A stretch of 55,128 nt of DNA from a virus (taxonomy: Duplodnaviria > Heunggongvirae > Uroviricota > Caudoviricetes): IMG/VR virus record IMGVR_UViG_2728369181_000005; one strand, written 5' to 3'. Both the position numbers and the translations under genes were made by a program. Shown in pieces: positions 18,551 to 30,862 of this stretch (positions are counted from its first letter, which is position 1; every line of letters starts with the position of its first letter). The notes below the pieces were generated by a model. The model was not told the origin of the DNA. It worked only from the letters and a program-made list of their open reading frames with translations, and did no database searches.

Positions 18551-19008
18551 ACAGAGTAACCGCGATTATCTCCGCTCTGGTTATCTGCATCATCGTCTGC
18601 CTGTCATGGGCTGTTAATCATTACCGTGATAACGCCATTACCTACAAAGCCCAGCGCGACAAAAATGCCAGAGAACTGAAGCTGGCGAACGCGGCAATTA
18701 CTGACATGCAGATGCGTCAGCGTGATGTTGCTGCGCTCGATGCAAAATACACGAAGGAGTTAGCTGATGCGAAAGCTGAAAATGATGCTCTGCGTGATGA
18801 TGTTGCCGCTGGTCGTCGTCGGTTGCACATCAAAGCAGTCTGTCAGTCAGTGCGTGAAGCCACCACCGCCTCCGGCGTGGATAATGCAGCCTCCCCCCGA
18901 CTGGCAGACACCGCTGAACGGGATTATTTCACCCTCAGAGAGAGGCTGATCACTATGCAAAAACAACTGGAAGGAACCCAGAAGTATATTAATGAGCAGT
19001 GCAGATAG
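18547..19008 (+). CDS. Rz: Rz i-spanin
   Basis: Start [17 protein letters not shown] (TM anchor) followed by coiled-coil; downstream of endolysin. Confidence 0.85.
   Translation: MNRVTAIISALVICIIVCLSWAVNHYRDNAITYKAQRDKNARELKLANAAITDMQMRQRDVAALDAKYTKELADAKAENDALRDDVAAGRRRLHIKAVCQSVREATTASGVDNAASPRLADTAERDYFTLRERLITMQKQLEGTQKYINEQCR
18767..18949 (+). CDS. Rz1: Rz1 o-spanin (embedded lipoprotein)
   Basis: 60-aa +1-frame ORF inside Rz with lipobox LVVVGC and proline-rich tract [15 protein letters not shown]. Confidence 0.8.
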   Translation: MRKLKMMLCVMMLPLVVVGCTSKQSVSQCVKPPPPPAWIMQPPPDWQTPLNGIISPSERG

Positions 19009-19039
19009 AGCTGCCCATATCGATGGGCAACTCATGCAA

Positions 19040-19333
19040 TTATTGTGAGCAATACACACGCGCTTCCAGCGGAGTATAAATGCCTAAAGTAATAAAACCG
19101 AGCAATCCATTTACGAATGTTTGCTGGGTTTCTGTTTTAACAACATTTTCTGCGCTGCCACAAATTTTGGCTGCATCAACAGTTTTCTCCTGTCCAATTC
19201 CCGAAACGAAGAAGTGATGGGTGATGGTTTCCTTTGGTGTTACTGCTGTCGGTTTGTTTCCAACAGTAAACGTCTGTTGAGCACATCCTGTAATAAGCAT
19301 TGCCAGAGCGGCAGAAAACAACATTTTTTTCAT
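19040..19333 (-). CDS. bor: Bor lipoprotein (serum-resistance moron)
   Basis: MKKMLFSAALAMLITGCAQQTFTV... lipobox; matches lambda Bor; opposite strand. Confidence 0.9.
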   Translation of the reverse strand: MKKMLFSAALAMLITGCAQQTFTVGNKPTAVTPKETITHHFFVSGIGQEKTVDAAKICGSAENVVKTETQQTFVNGLLGFITLGIYTPLEARVYCSQ

Positions 19334-19815
19334 CTTATTATCCTGCATTGTTAAAAACGGCAGAATCCTATGTGACAACAATTAAACGATAGTTAAATGG
19401 ATTGATGAAAATTAAAACTATATAGGTGTACGCTCAGACTATTGGAGGAAGTTGGGGACACTCAGAATCCTGTGGAATGAAATAAACCGGTCTATCCGTC
19501 CATTACCCTTTTAGCTGCGCTGTATCGTCGCCGTATTCCCGCATTAACCATGACCGTAGCCCGACGGGGAATTCCTTCTGCGTGAGTGTGCGGGAATAAT
19601 CAAAAACGATGCACACCGAGTTTTTACCGCGTTAATGATTCGCGGGTTTATCCCGGTGCGATGGTGGAAGAAACCGGAAGCTGTATTACAGAAAGTGCTA
19701 CTACTGTATCCCGATGCGATGTATGTAATGTGAGTCAGATAATGGCACAGGATGTGGTGATGTGGCAGTCTGGAACACAGGATATATTGTCAGAATAAGA
19801 CCCGTAGGAATAAAA

Positions 19816-20142
19816 ATGAAAAGACGCCTTTTACTACTTTTTCTGTTATCTGTCCTGGCAGTGGGATGCTCGCAGCAAAAAGCTGATGAGCCCCGGCAAT
19901 TAGTGACGGTGTATCCACGATATCCGGAATATGCTGCAGCAAATTATATCAAGGGACTGGTTGAGGTTAAGTTCGATATTGGTGCTGATGGGACTGTGAC
20001 ACGGATCGTTTTTCTCCGCTCAGAGCCTCATAATTTGTTTCGTGATGAAGTGGTGAAGGCCATGGCGAAATGGCGATTTGAAAAGAATCGTCCCTGTCAG
20101 GGAGTGAAGAGACAATTTATCTTTACGCCGTCACGTCCCTGA
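19816..20142 (+). CDS. Putative lipoprotein with TonB-C-like domain
   Basis: MKRRLLLLFLLSVLAVGCSQ lipobox; GLVEVKFDIGADGTV resembles TonB C-terminal fold. Confidence 0.45.
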   Translation: MKRRLLLLFLLSVLAVGCSQQKADEPRQLVTVYPRYPEYAAANYIKGLVEVKFDIGADGTVTRIVFLRSEPHNLFRDEVVKAMAKWRFEKNRPCQGVKRQFIFTPSRP

Positions 20143-20264
20143 TGCTTCCAGGTAGAGAGGGGCTGGAAGCAGGAGAAAAATGAAAGAGCCAGCGGTTATA
20201 TTTTTGTCATGGCTGACGAGGAATGATGGAAGAAGGCGTTGTATGCCACACAACGCCTCACTGT

Positions 20265-20618
20265 TCATTTCTTCTTTTTCTCTGGTGGAACCCGATGAAT
20301 AAGAGTTGCACTGGTTTCCGATGAGATGGCGATATACTCGGGCAAAGTATGCTGGCAGTTTTCCAACTGCTCAAAAATACCTGCTCTCGTCTGTTGCAAT
20401 GCCTGCAGCATGCGGCGGCAATGCGCCTTGTTTTTACTAACCATCTTTCCTTCCTCTATCAGTCGCTGCGTGAACTCATCATGGAATACCAGGTAAATGC
20501 GGATGTTATCGGTTTTGGCTACGCAGCATAGTACAAAACGGACAGGTGCATCCCGGGACGGGGGAGGCGTCACATGTCCCTGTGATGGTTGTTCCGGGTA
20601 ATGCACTGTGTGGGGCAT
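20265..20618 (-). CDS. Hypothetical protein between bor and cos
   Basis: 117-codon ORF; start and reality uncertain. Confidence 0.2.
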   Translation of the reverse strand: MPHTVHYPEQPSQGHVTPPPSRDAPVRFVLCCVAKTDNIRIYLVFHDEFTQRLIEEGKMVSKNKAHCRRMLQALQQTRAGIFEQLENCQHTLPEYIAISSETSATLIHRVPPEKKKK

Positions 20619-20889
20619 AAAAATGTCCGATAATTTTACTTTCTACCGCAGTTAGTTGATTCGTTGGTCCTGGTAGCACATTGGGCGAGGATTTAAATGC
20701 CAGGCAACTGAAGGATGATGTTGCAAGGGAGATAGCGAGAATATTTCTGATTTTCATTTGATGATGCCTCTGTGTGAAATGACGGTAAACGACGCACTTG
20801 TGCCGGCACATAATAGCAAGCACCATAATAGATCAGATTCGATTCTTGCTGTAAGTGATAATCATTCTCGTTTTTGGGTCCTTTCCGTC

Positions 20890-20960
20890 GATCCAACAGG
20901 TTACGGGGCGGCGACCTCGCGGGTTTTCGCTATTTATGAAAATTTTCCGGTTTAAGGCGT
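20890..20960. other. Prophage cos site (cosN 12-nt cohesive end at 20906-20917)
   Basis: CAGGTTACG|GGGCGGCGACCT|CGCGGGTTTTCGCTATTTATGAAAATTTTCCGG matches the lambda cohesive-end region, directly upstream of nu1. Confidence 0.9.
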
Positions 20961-21094
20961 TTCCGTTCTTCTTCGTCGTAACTTAATGTTTTTATTTAAA
21001 ATACCCCCTGAAAAGAAAGGAAACGACAGGTGCTGAAAGCGAGCTTTTTGGCCTCTGTCGTTTCCTTTCTCTGTTTTTGTCCGTGGAATGAACA

Positions 21095-21614
21095 ATGGAA
21101 GTCAACAAAAAGCAGCTGGCTGACATTTTCGGTGCGAGTATCCGTACCATTCAGAACTGGCAGGAACAGGGAATGCCCGTTCTGCGAGGCGGTGGCAAGG
21201 GTAATGAGGTGCTTTATGACTCTGCCGCCGTCATAAAATGGTATGCCGAAAGGGATGCTGAAATTGAGAACGAAAAGCTGCGCCGGGAGGTTGAAGAACT
21301 GCGGCAGGCCAGCGAGACAGATCTCCAGCCAGGGACTATTGAGTACGAACGCCATCGACTTACGCGTGCGCAGGCCGACGCACAGGAGCTGAAAAATGCC
21401 AGAGACTCCGCTGAAGTGGTGGAAACCGCATTCTGTACTTTCGTGCTTTCGCGGATCGCAGGTGAAATTGCCAGTATTCTCGACGGGATCCCCCTGTCGG
21501 TGCAGCGGCGTTTTCCGGAACTGGAAAACCGACATGTTGATTTCCTGAAACGGGATATCATCAAAGCCATGAACAAAGCAGCCGCGCTGGATGAACTGAT
21601 ACCGGGGTTGCTGA

Positions 21615-21640
<26 letters not shown>
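21095..21640 (+). CDS. nu1: Terminase small subunit Nu1
   Basis: 181 aa near-identical to lambda Nu1 (MEVNKKQLADIFGASIRTIQNWQEQGMPVLRGGGKGNEV...). Confidence 0.97.
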
Positions 21641-25332
<3,692 letters not shown>

Positions 25333-25352
<20 letters not shown>

Positions 25353-26650
25353 TCTCCCGCATATTGCCAGCATGGCCTTTAATGAGCCGCTGATGCTTGA
25401 ACCCGCCTATGCGCGGGTTTTCTTTTGTGCGCTTGCAGGCCAGCTTGGGATCAGCCGCCTGACGGATGCGGTGTCCGGCGACAGCCTGACTGCCCAGGAG
25501 GCACCCGCGACGCTGGCATTATCCGGTGATGATGACGGACCACGACAGGCCCGCAGTTATCAGGTCATGAACGGCATCGCCGTGCTGCCGGTGTCCGGCA
25601 CGCTGGTCAGCCGGACGCGGGCGCTGCAGCCGTACTCGGGGATGACCGGTTACAACGGCATTATCGCCCGTCTGCAACAGGCTGCCAGCGACCCGATGGT
25701 GGACGGCATTCTGCTCGATATGGACACACCGGGCGGAATGGTGGCGGGAGCATTTGACTGCGCTGACATCATCGCCCGTGTGCGTGACATAAAGCCGGTA
25801 TGGGCGCTGGCCAACGACATGAACTGCAGTGCAGGTCAGCTGCTTGCCAGTGCCGCCTCCCGACGTCTGGTCACGCAGACCGCCCGGACAGGCTCCATCG
25901 GCGTCATGATGGCTCACAGTAATTACGGCGCTGCGCTGGAGAAACAGGGCGTGGAAATCACGCTGATTTACAGCGGCAGCCATAAGGTGGATGGCAACCC
26001 CTACAGCCATCTACCGGATGATGTCCGGGAAACACTGCAGTCCCGGATGGATGCAACCCGCCGGATGTTTGCACAGAAGGTGTCGGCATATACCGGCCTG
26101 TCCGTGCAGGCTGTGCTGGATACCGAGGCTGCAGTGTACCGCGGTCAGGAGGCCATTAATGCCGGACTGGCTGATGAACTTGTTAACAGCACCGATGCGA
26201 TCACCGTCATGCGTGATGCGCTGGATGCACGTAAATCCCGTCTCTCAGGAGGGCGAATGACCAAAGAGACTCAATCAACAACTGTTTCAGCCACTGCTTT
26301 GCAGGCTGACGTTACTGACGTGGTGCCAGCGACGGAGGGTGAAAACGCCAGCGCGGCGCAGCCGGACGTGAACGCGCAGATCACCGCAGCGGTTGCGGCA
26401 GAAAACAGCCGCATTATGGGGATCCTCAACTGTGAGGAGGCTCACGGACGCGAAGAACAGGCTCGCGTGCTGGCAGAAACTCCCGGTATGACCGTGGAAA
26501 CGGCCCGNNNNNNNNNNNNNNNNNNNNNNNNNNNNNNNNNNNNNNNNGTGACACTGCGCTGGATCGTCTGATGCAGGGGGCACCGGCACCGCTGGCTGCA
26601 GGTAACCCGGCATCTGATGCCGTTAACGATTTGCTGAACACACCAGTGTA
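25333..26650 (+). CDS. C: Head protease/scaffold protein C (Nu3 nested in frame)
   Basis: GTG start at 25333 (VTAELRNLPHIASMAF...) as in lambda C; N-run 26508-26547 inside; true stop TAA 26648-26650. Confidence 0.9.
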
Positions 26651-26660
26651 AGGGATGTTT

Positions 26661-26993
26661 ATGACGAGCAAAGAAACCTTTACCCATTACCAGCCGCTGG
26701 GCAACAGTGACCCGGCTCATACCGCAACCGCGCCCGGCGGATTGAGTGCGAAAGCGCCTGCAATGACCCCGCTGATGCTGGACACCGCCACCCGTAAGCT
26801 GGTTGCGTGGGATGGCACCACCGACGGTGCTGCCGTTGGCATTCTGGCGGTTACTGCTGACCAGACCAGCACTACGCTGACGTTCTACAAGTCCGGCACG
26901 TTCCGTTATGAGGATGTGCTCTGGCCGGAGGCTGCCAGCGACGAGACGAAAAAACGGACCGCGTTTGCCGGAACGGCAATCAGCATCGTTTAA
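26661..26993 (+). CDS. D: Head decoration protein D
   Basis: [27 protein letters not shown]... matches lambda gpD. Confidence 0.95.
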   Translation: MTSKETFTHYQPLGNSDPAHTATAPGGLSAKAPAMTPLMLDTATRKLVAWDGTTDGAAVGILAVTADQTSTTLTFYKSGTFRYEDVLWPEAASDETKKRTAFAGTAISIV

Positions 26994-27013
26994 CCTTACC
27001 CTTCATCACTAAA

Positions 27014-27035
27014 GGCCGCCTGTGCGGCTTTTTTT
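27014..27035 (+). terminator. Rho-independent terminator between D and E
   Basis: GCCGC-CTGT-GCGGC hairpin followed by a T7-8 tract. Confidence 0.7.
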
Positions 27036-27048
27036 ACGGGATTTTTTT

Positions 27049-27293
27049 ATGTCGATGTTCACAACCGCCCAGCTGCTGGCGGCAAATGAGCAGAAATTTA
27101 AGTTTGATCCGCTGTTTCTGCGTCTCTTTTTCCGTGAAAGCTATCCCTTCACCACGGAGAAAGTCTATCTCTCACAAATTCCGGGACTGGTAAACATGGC
27201 GCTGTACGTTTCGCCGATTGTTTCCGGTGAGGTTATCCGCTCCCGTGGCGGCTCTACCTCCGAATTTACGCCGGGATATGTCAAGCCGAAGCA
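27049..27293 (+). pseudogene. E: Major capsid protein E, N-terminal fragment (gene split by island insertion)
   Basis: MSMFTTAQLLAANEQKFKFD...GYVKPKH matches the lambda gpE N-terminus, then reads into island DNA and stops at 27324. Confidence 0.9.
27284..27293. repeat. Left copy of 10-bp insertion core AGCCGAAGCA (attL core)
   Basis: Identical 10-mer at 38017-38026; the flanking bases differ, and joining the outer flanks restores a continuous E reading frame (VKPKHEVN). Confidence 0.8.
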
Positions 27294-27402
27294 CTTAGCA
27301 TGGCTTTCTGAGGCTTTCGTGTAGTTGCTGGTTTTTACACTTAATCTTTTGATAATAAAGAGTAAGTTTATCTGGCGCTTTCACTGGATTTTCCTCGTTA
27401 TC

Positions 27403-27441
27403 TGTGTGTTGCAATCATCTCTGTATTGCAGCTTGTATTGC
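27403..27441. repeat. TGT(A/G)TTGCA direct repeats at island left end (candidate integrase arm sites)
   Basis: TGTGTTGCAA, TGTATTGCAG, TGTATTGC within 39 bp just upstream of the island int start; same motif at 37920-37940. Confidence 0.5.
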
Positions 27442-27456
27442 TTTTTGGGGCTAAAA

Positions 27457-28692
27457 ATGGCTGGCGAGAACAAACTGAGCGACAAAGCACTTAAAGGATA
27501 TCTGGGGAAACCTAGAGAAAAGCAGATCACCATTGCTGATGGAAAGGGGCTTTCTATTCGTGTGAGTACCAAGGGGGCTGTGAGCTTTGTTTTCTTCTAC
27601 AGGTTAGCAGGTGGCCGGGCTGCTCCGGTCTGGCTAACGTTGGGTAAATATCCTGATATGTCACTCAAACAGGCAAGGGAAAAGCGCGACGAGTGCCGTG
27701 GTTGGTTGGCTGACAAACGTGATCCGCGTATTCAGATTAAGATTCAGGCTGAAGAACGCTTAAAGCCGGTCACAGTGGAGGATGCACTAAATTACTGGTA
27801 TGAAAATTACTGTAAGGTGCGTCGTAAAACTCATGCTGTAACGCTTGGCAGATTTCGAAAGCATATCTTTCCCTATATCGGTCATTTGCCCGTAAATGAC
27901 ACTCACCTATATGAATGGCTGGACTGTTTTGACCGAATTAAACGTAATGCACCAGTTATGGCGGCGTATGTTTTTTCTGACACTAAATTAGCTCTTCGTT
28001 TTTGTCGGGTACGCCAGTACGCGACGTGTGATGCTTTAAAGGATTTGCGCATGAGTGATGTGGGGCAGATTGCAGGTAAGCGGGATCGGGTTCTGGATGA
28101 AGCCGAACTGGGCCAGCTCTGGAAGGCAATTTTTGTCGAGCCTGATTTAAAACTAATGTCTGAATACACGCGAAAAATGTTTGTGCTTTGTACAGTATTT
28201 GGATGTCGAATGAGTGAAGCCCGATTATCAGAATGGAGCGAATGGGATCTAGAAAGTTGGGTTTGGACTGTACCGAAAGATCACTCAAAAACTGGTGTTG
28301 AAATTGTCAGGCCAGTACCTGAAATTCTACGGCAGTGGGTAACGGATGTTCACGAAGAGACAAAACATACTGGTTATGTGCTGGGAAGTCTGCGAATTAG
28401 AGAAAGCGTAAGCAAGATTGGGGGGAAAATCGGTAAACGTTTGGGCCATGAAAAACAATGGTCACTACACGACCTTAGAAGAACGCTATCTACTCATCTA
28501 AGTGATCTCGGTGTTGAATTTTATGTAGTAGAACAACTGTTAGGCCATGCGCTACCTGGCGTGGCAGGTGTTTACAACCGGAGTAAGTTTATGGCTAAAA
28601 AACTGGATGCTCTGGAACTCTGGACTACATATCTCAATAGCATCGCAGCTGCTGATTCAAAAGTGACAATCCTCAAACAAAAGGCTGGTTAG
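27457..28692 (+). CDS. int: Tyrosine integrase (P4-like family) of the island
   Basis: Start MAGENKLSDKALKGYLGKP...; C-terminal catalytic region with HDLRRT...LGH...Y; first gene at island left end. Confidence 0.88.
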   Translation: MAGENKLSDKALKGYLGKPREKQITIADGKGLSIRVSTKGAVSFVFFYRLAGGRAAPVWLTLGKYPDMSLKQAREKRDECRGWLADKRDPRIQIKIQAEERLKPVTVEDALNYWYENYCKVRRKTHAVTLGRFRKHIFPYIGHLPVNDTHLYEWLDCFDRIKRNAPVMAAYVFSDTKLALRFCRVRQYATCDALKDLRMSDVGQIAGKRDRVLDEAELGQLWKAIFVEPDLKLMSEYTRKMFVLCTVFGCRMSEARLSEWSEWDLESWVWTVPKDHSKTGVEIVRPVPEILRQWVTDVHEETKHTGYVLGSLRIRESVSKIGGKIGKRLGHEKQWSLHDLRRTLSTHLSDLGVEFYVVEQLLGHALPGVAGVYNRSKFMAKKLDALELWTTYLNSIAAADSKVTILKQKAG

Positions 28693-28693
28693 C

Positions 28694-28915
28694 ATGAAAA
28701 AAATGGCAATTGTTGATAAAAAGGGGCTGGAGTACATTCCTAACATTGACCGAATGATCCGTGAGAAAGAATGTCGGGAGCTAACCACTCTTGCGAACAG
28801 CACACGCTGGAAGCTTGAAAAGGAGGGGAAATTCCCCAAGCGAATCAAAATCGGATCTACGGCGGTGGCTTATAGACTCTCTGAGATTCAAGCTTGGATA
28901 AGAGGTGAATGGTAA
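28694..28915 (+). CDS. AlpA-family transcriptional regulator / excisionase-like
   Basis: 73 aa with AlpA-type HTH; directly follows the integrase. Confidence 0.7.
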   Translation: MKKMAIVDKKGLEYIPNIDRMIREKECRELTTLANSTRWKLEKEGKFPKRIKIGSTAVAYRLSEIQAWIRGEW

Positions 28916-28941
28916 GTTAGGGAGGTATTCCTCCCTATATC

Positions 28942-29625
28942 TTACAGGAAATTTTTTAAATCAGGGTTTTTTCCAAATGCGCTCTTATAATATACTGTTG
29001 CAATCTCGTTAAAAATAGTTTTTATATCATCGGTAACCACTATTGTTGCTACGCGCAAATCTTTTTGATATTCATTTAAATCTGGAGGGGTATAGTCCAA
29101 TAGCGTTGATTTATCCAAGATTAAATGTTCTAACATGGCATAGCGCTCAATCAATGTTTTATAAAAATGATATTGATTTTCACTGTTAGCATGTGCACAG
29201 TTTATTGCAAGTAAATACGTTATTTCATTATCTAGATGTGCACGGACAAGGCTTGTATAGGTTTTTTTACGATCTAGATCAAAGGGATGGTATCCAGCAT
29301 TTTCATCAATGAACTTCAATAGATGATATAATATTCTGAAGTAGCTTCCAAAAACAGCATCATGATTGTGCATCAGTGTATTAGTGTCTTTTAAAGAAAC
29401 CAATCCATTCATCATTTTATTAATTAACTCTGAGTAATTTGATTTTTTTCTAAGATCATTTAGAGCATTGTTATGTTGAGATAACATGAGAGAAAATGTT
29501 GATTCAAAAGATGATTGCTTTTTAGCAATTAATGCAACTAACACTGCTGTGCAAGTCCCGAGTGCCACGAAGAAATTTATAATGTTTGATGCAGTGAATA
29601 CAGCATCGTCAGGAGTTGGAGTCAT
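28942..29625 (-). CDS. Hypothetical AT-rich membrane-anchored protein (candidate accessory/defence gene)
   Basis: 227 aa; N-terminal hydrophobic helix FFVALGTCTAVLVALIA; very AT-rich; follows the small regulator at 29658-29852 on the same strand. Confidence 0.45.
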   Translation of the reverse strand: MTPTPDDAVFTASNIINFFVALGTCTAVLVALIAKKQSSFESTFSLMLSQHNNALNDLRKKSNYSELINKMMNGLVSLKDTNTLMHNHDAVFGSYFRILYHLLKFIDENAGYHPFDLDRKKTYTSLVRAHLDNEITYLLAINCAHANSENQYHFYKTLIERYAMLEHLILDKSTLLDYTPPDLNEYQKDLRVATIVVTDDIKTIFNEIATVYYKSAFGKNPDLKNFL

Positions 29626-29657
29626 TTGAATATCCTATTCAATAAAAATTAAAAAAA

Positions 29658-29852
29658 TTAGCCTTTAGGTTCTATACCTTTACGGCGAAGCTCAGCACGA
29701 ACTAATTCTTTAATCCAATTGGCCAAGCTCATTCCTTCCTGAGCTGCTGATTCAGCCATCTGTTCTTTGAGTTCAGGATTGATTCGGATCTGAAACGCAG
29801 GGGCTTTGCCGGCTCCTTTTGGCTGCTTATCTCTTTGAATTGTAGTTGACAT
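29658..29852 (-). CDS. Small ribbon-helix-helix-like DNA-binding protein
   Basis: 64 aa; FQIRINPELKEQMAESAAQEGMSLANWIKELV fits an RHH (Arc/CopG-like) pattern. Confidence 0.45.
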   Translation of the reverse strand: MSTTIQRDKQPKGAGKAPAFQIRINPELKEQMAESAAQEGMSLANWIKELVRAELRRKGIEPKG

Positions 29853-29988
29853 GTGTGTACCTATTGCTTAGCATCAGTGTTGAATAGGTACACACATTAA
29901 CATGATGTTATACCTATAAACAACGCCCTAGGGTGCTCGCAACACACCTAGGGCGTCTAACCACAAACCGTTAACTGGAGTAACGACT

Positions 29989-30354
29989 ATGGCTGGAACA
30001 CAGCATACCCAAACTCACCCTAAATTTATATACATCTTTCTGGCGCTACATCGCGATCGCATAGCAGATGGAGCAACTACGGTACATGTAGCCGCTGACA
30101 CGCTGGTTGATGCGCGCAAGATGGTTAAGGAGATGGGCTATACTGCGGCTTTCTGGAAAGGGCGGGAAGAAAACACGCTGTTTATTCAGAAATGTGAAAA
30201 CAATTTCATCTGGCGTTTTATCGCCCTGAGTACGGCACAACCGCGCGTGATTACCATCGAGGCCACCAGCGAACAGGAAGCCCGCCAGCAATCCCCAACT
30301 GGCTGCGTGATGATATTCGCCGCCCGTATTCGTCAGGAGGTGTGCCATGAATGA
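29989..30354 (+). CDS. Hypothetical protein (possibly Icd-like)
   Basis: 121-codon ORF at the start of the island rightward operon; Icd-like assignment is from memory and weak. Confidence 0.3.
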   Translation: MAGTQHTQTHPKFIYIFLALHRDRIADGATTVHVAADTLVDARKMVKEMGYTAAFWKGREENTLFIQKCENNFIWRFIALSTAQPRVITIEATSEQEARQQSPTGCVMIFAARIRQEVCHE

Positions 30355-30571
30355 TCTTTATTTTAAAGTGCTGACACATGCTGAAAACGCGCTCGTTTGT
30401 GGCAAAAATATGCGAGAAATCTTATCAACCTGGCTTGATGGGACAACAAATGCGGAACACGATGAACGGGATGCTAATTTAGCTGGAGCGTTAATTACGT
30501 TACTTGATCCTGTCATCAAAGAGTTGGATGAAGCTATAAAAATACACGACCAGAGCTATACCGGAGAATAA
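30347..30571 (+). CDS. Hypothetical protein
   Basis: 74-codon ORF overlapping neighbours. Confidence 0.35.
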   Translation: MNDLYFKVLTHAENALVCGKNMREILSTWLDGTTNAEHDERDANLAGALITLLDPVIKELDEAIKIHDQSYTGE

Positions 30572-30574
30572 AAA

Positions 30575-30862
30575 ATGAAAAATAAATTTTCTGGCTTTAT
30601 TGCCAGCGGTCAAACTCATTCAAAAATCAGCCTTGGGGATATTTTCAAAGACAGCTATGGCTATCGGGTAAAGATTATTTCGGTTGATGATCGTCGTGTC
30701 TCTTATTTGCGTGATGGTTATGATTTTGAATGTGTTATGCCGCGTCAGCAGTTCGAAAGAGATTTCATTCTGGTAAAAAATTGCAAGACAGATAATCAGA
30801 GGCGTGCCGCAGGCTATATCCGTAAAATTCGGGCAATGTTAGTTGCCGGAGGTAACAAATGA
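30575..30862 (+). CDS. Hypothetical protein
   Basis: 95-codon ORF; ATGA overlap with the primase gene. Confidence 0.35.
   Translation: MKNKFSGFIASGQTHSKISLGDIFKDSYGYRVKIISVDDRRVSYLRDGYDFECVMPRQQFERDFILVKNCKTDNQRRAAGYIRKIRAMLVAGGNK

Noticed and set aside
25519-26010. 163-codon minus-strand ORF inside C, and similar antisense ORFs inside H, J and the OLD-like gene
   Set aside because: Embedded antisense to strongly supported genes in GC-rich coding sequence, where long spurious ORFs are expected.
27294-27456. tRNA gene fragment at the island boundary, as is usual for P4-type integrases
   Set aside because: The junction lies inside the capsid coding sequence and the duplicated core is only 10 bp; nothing tRNA-like is present.
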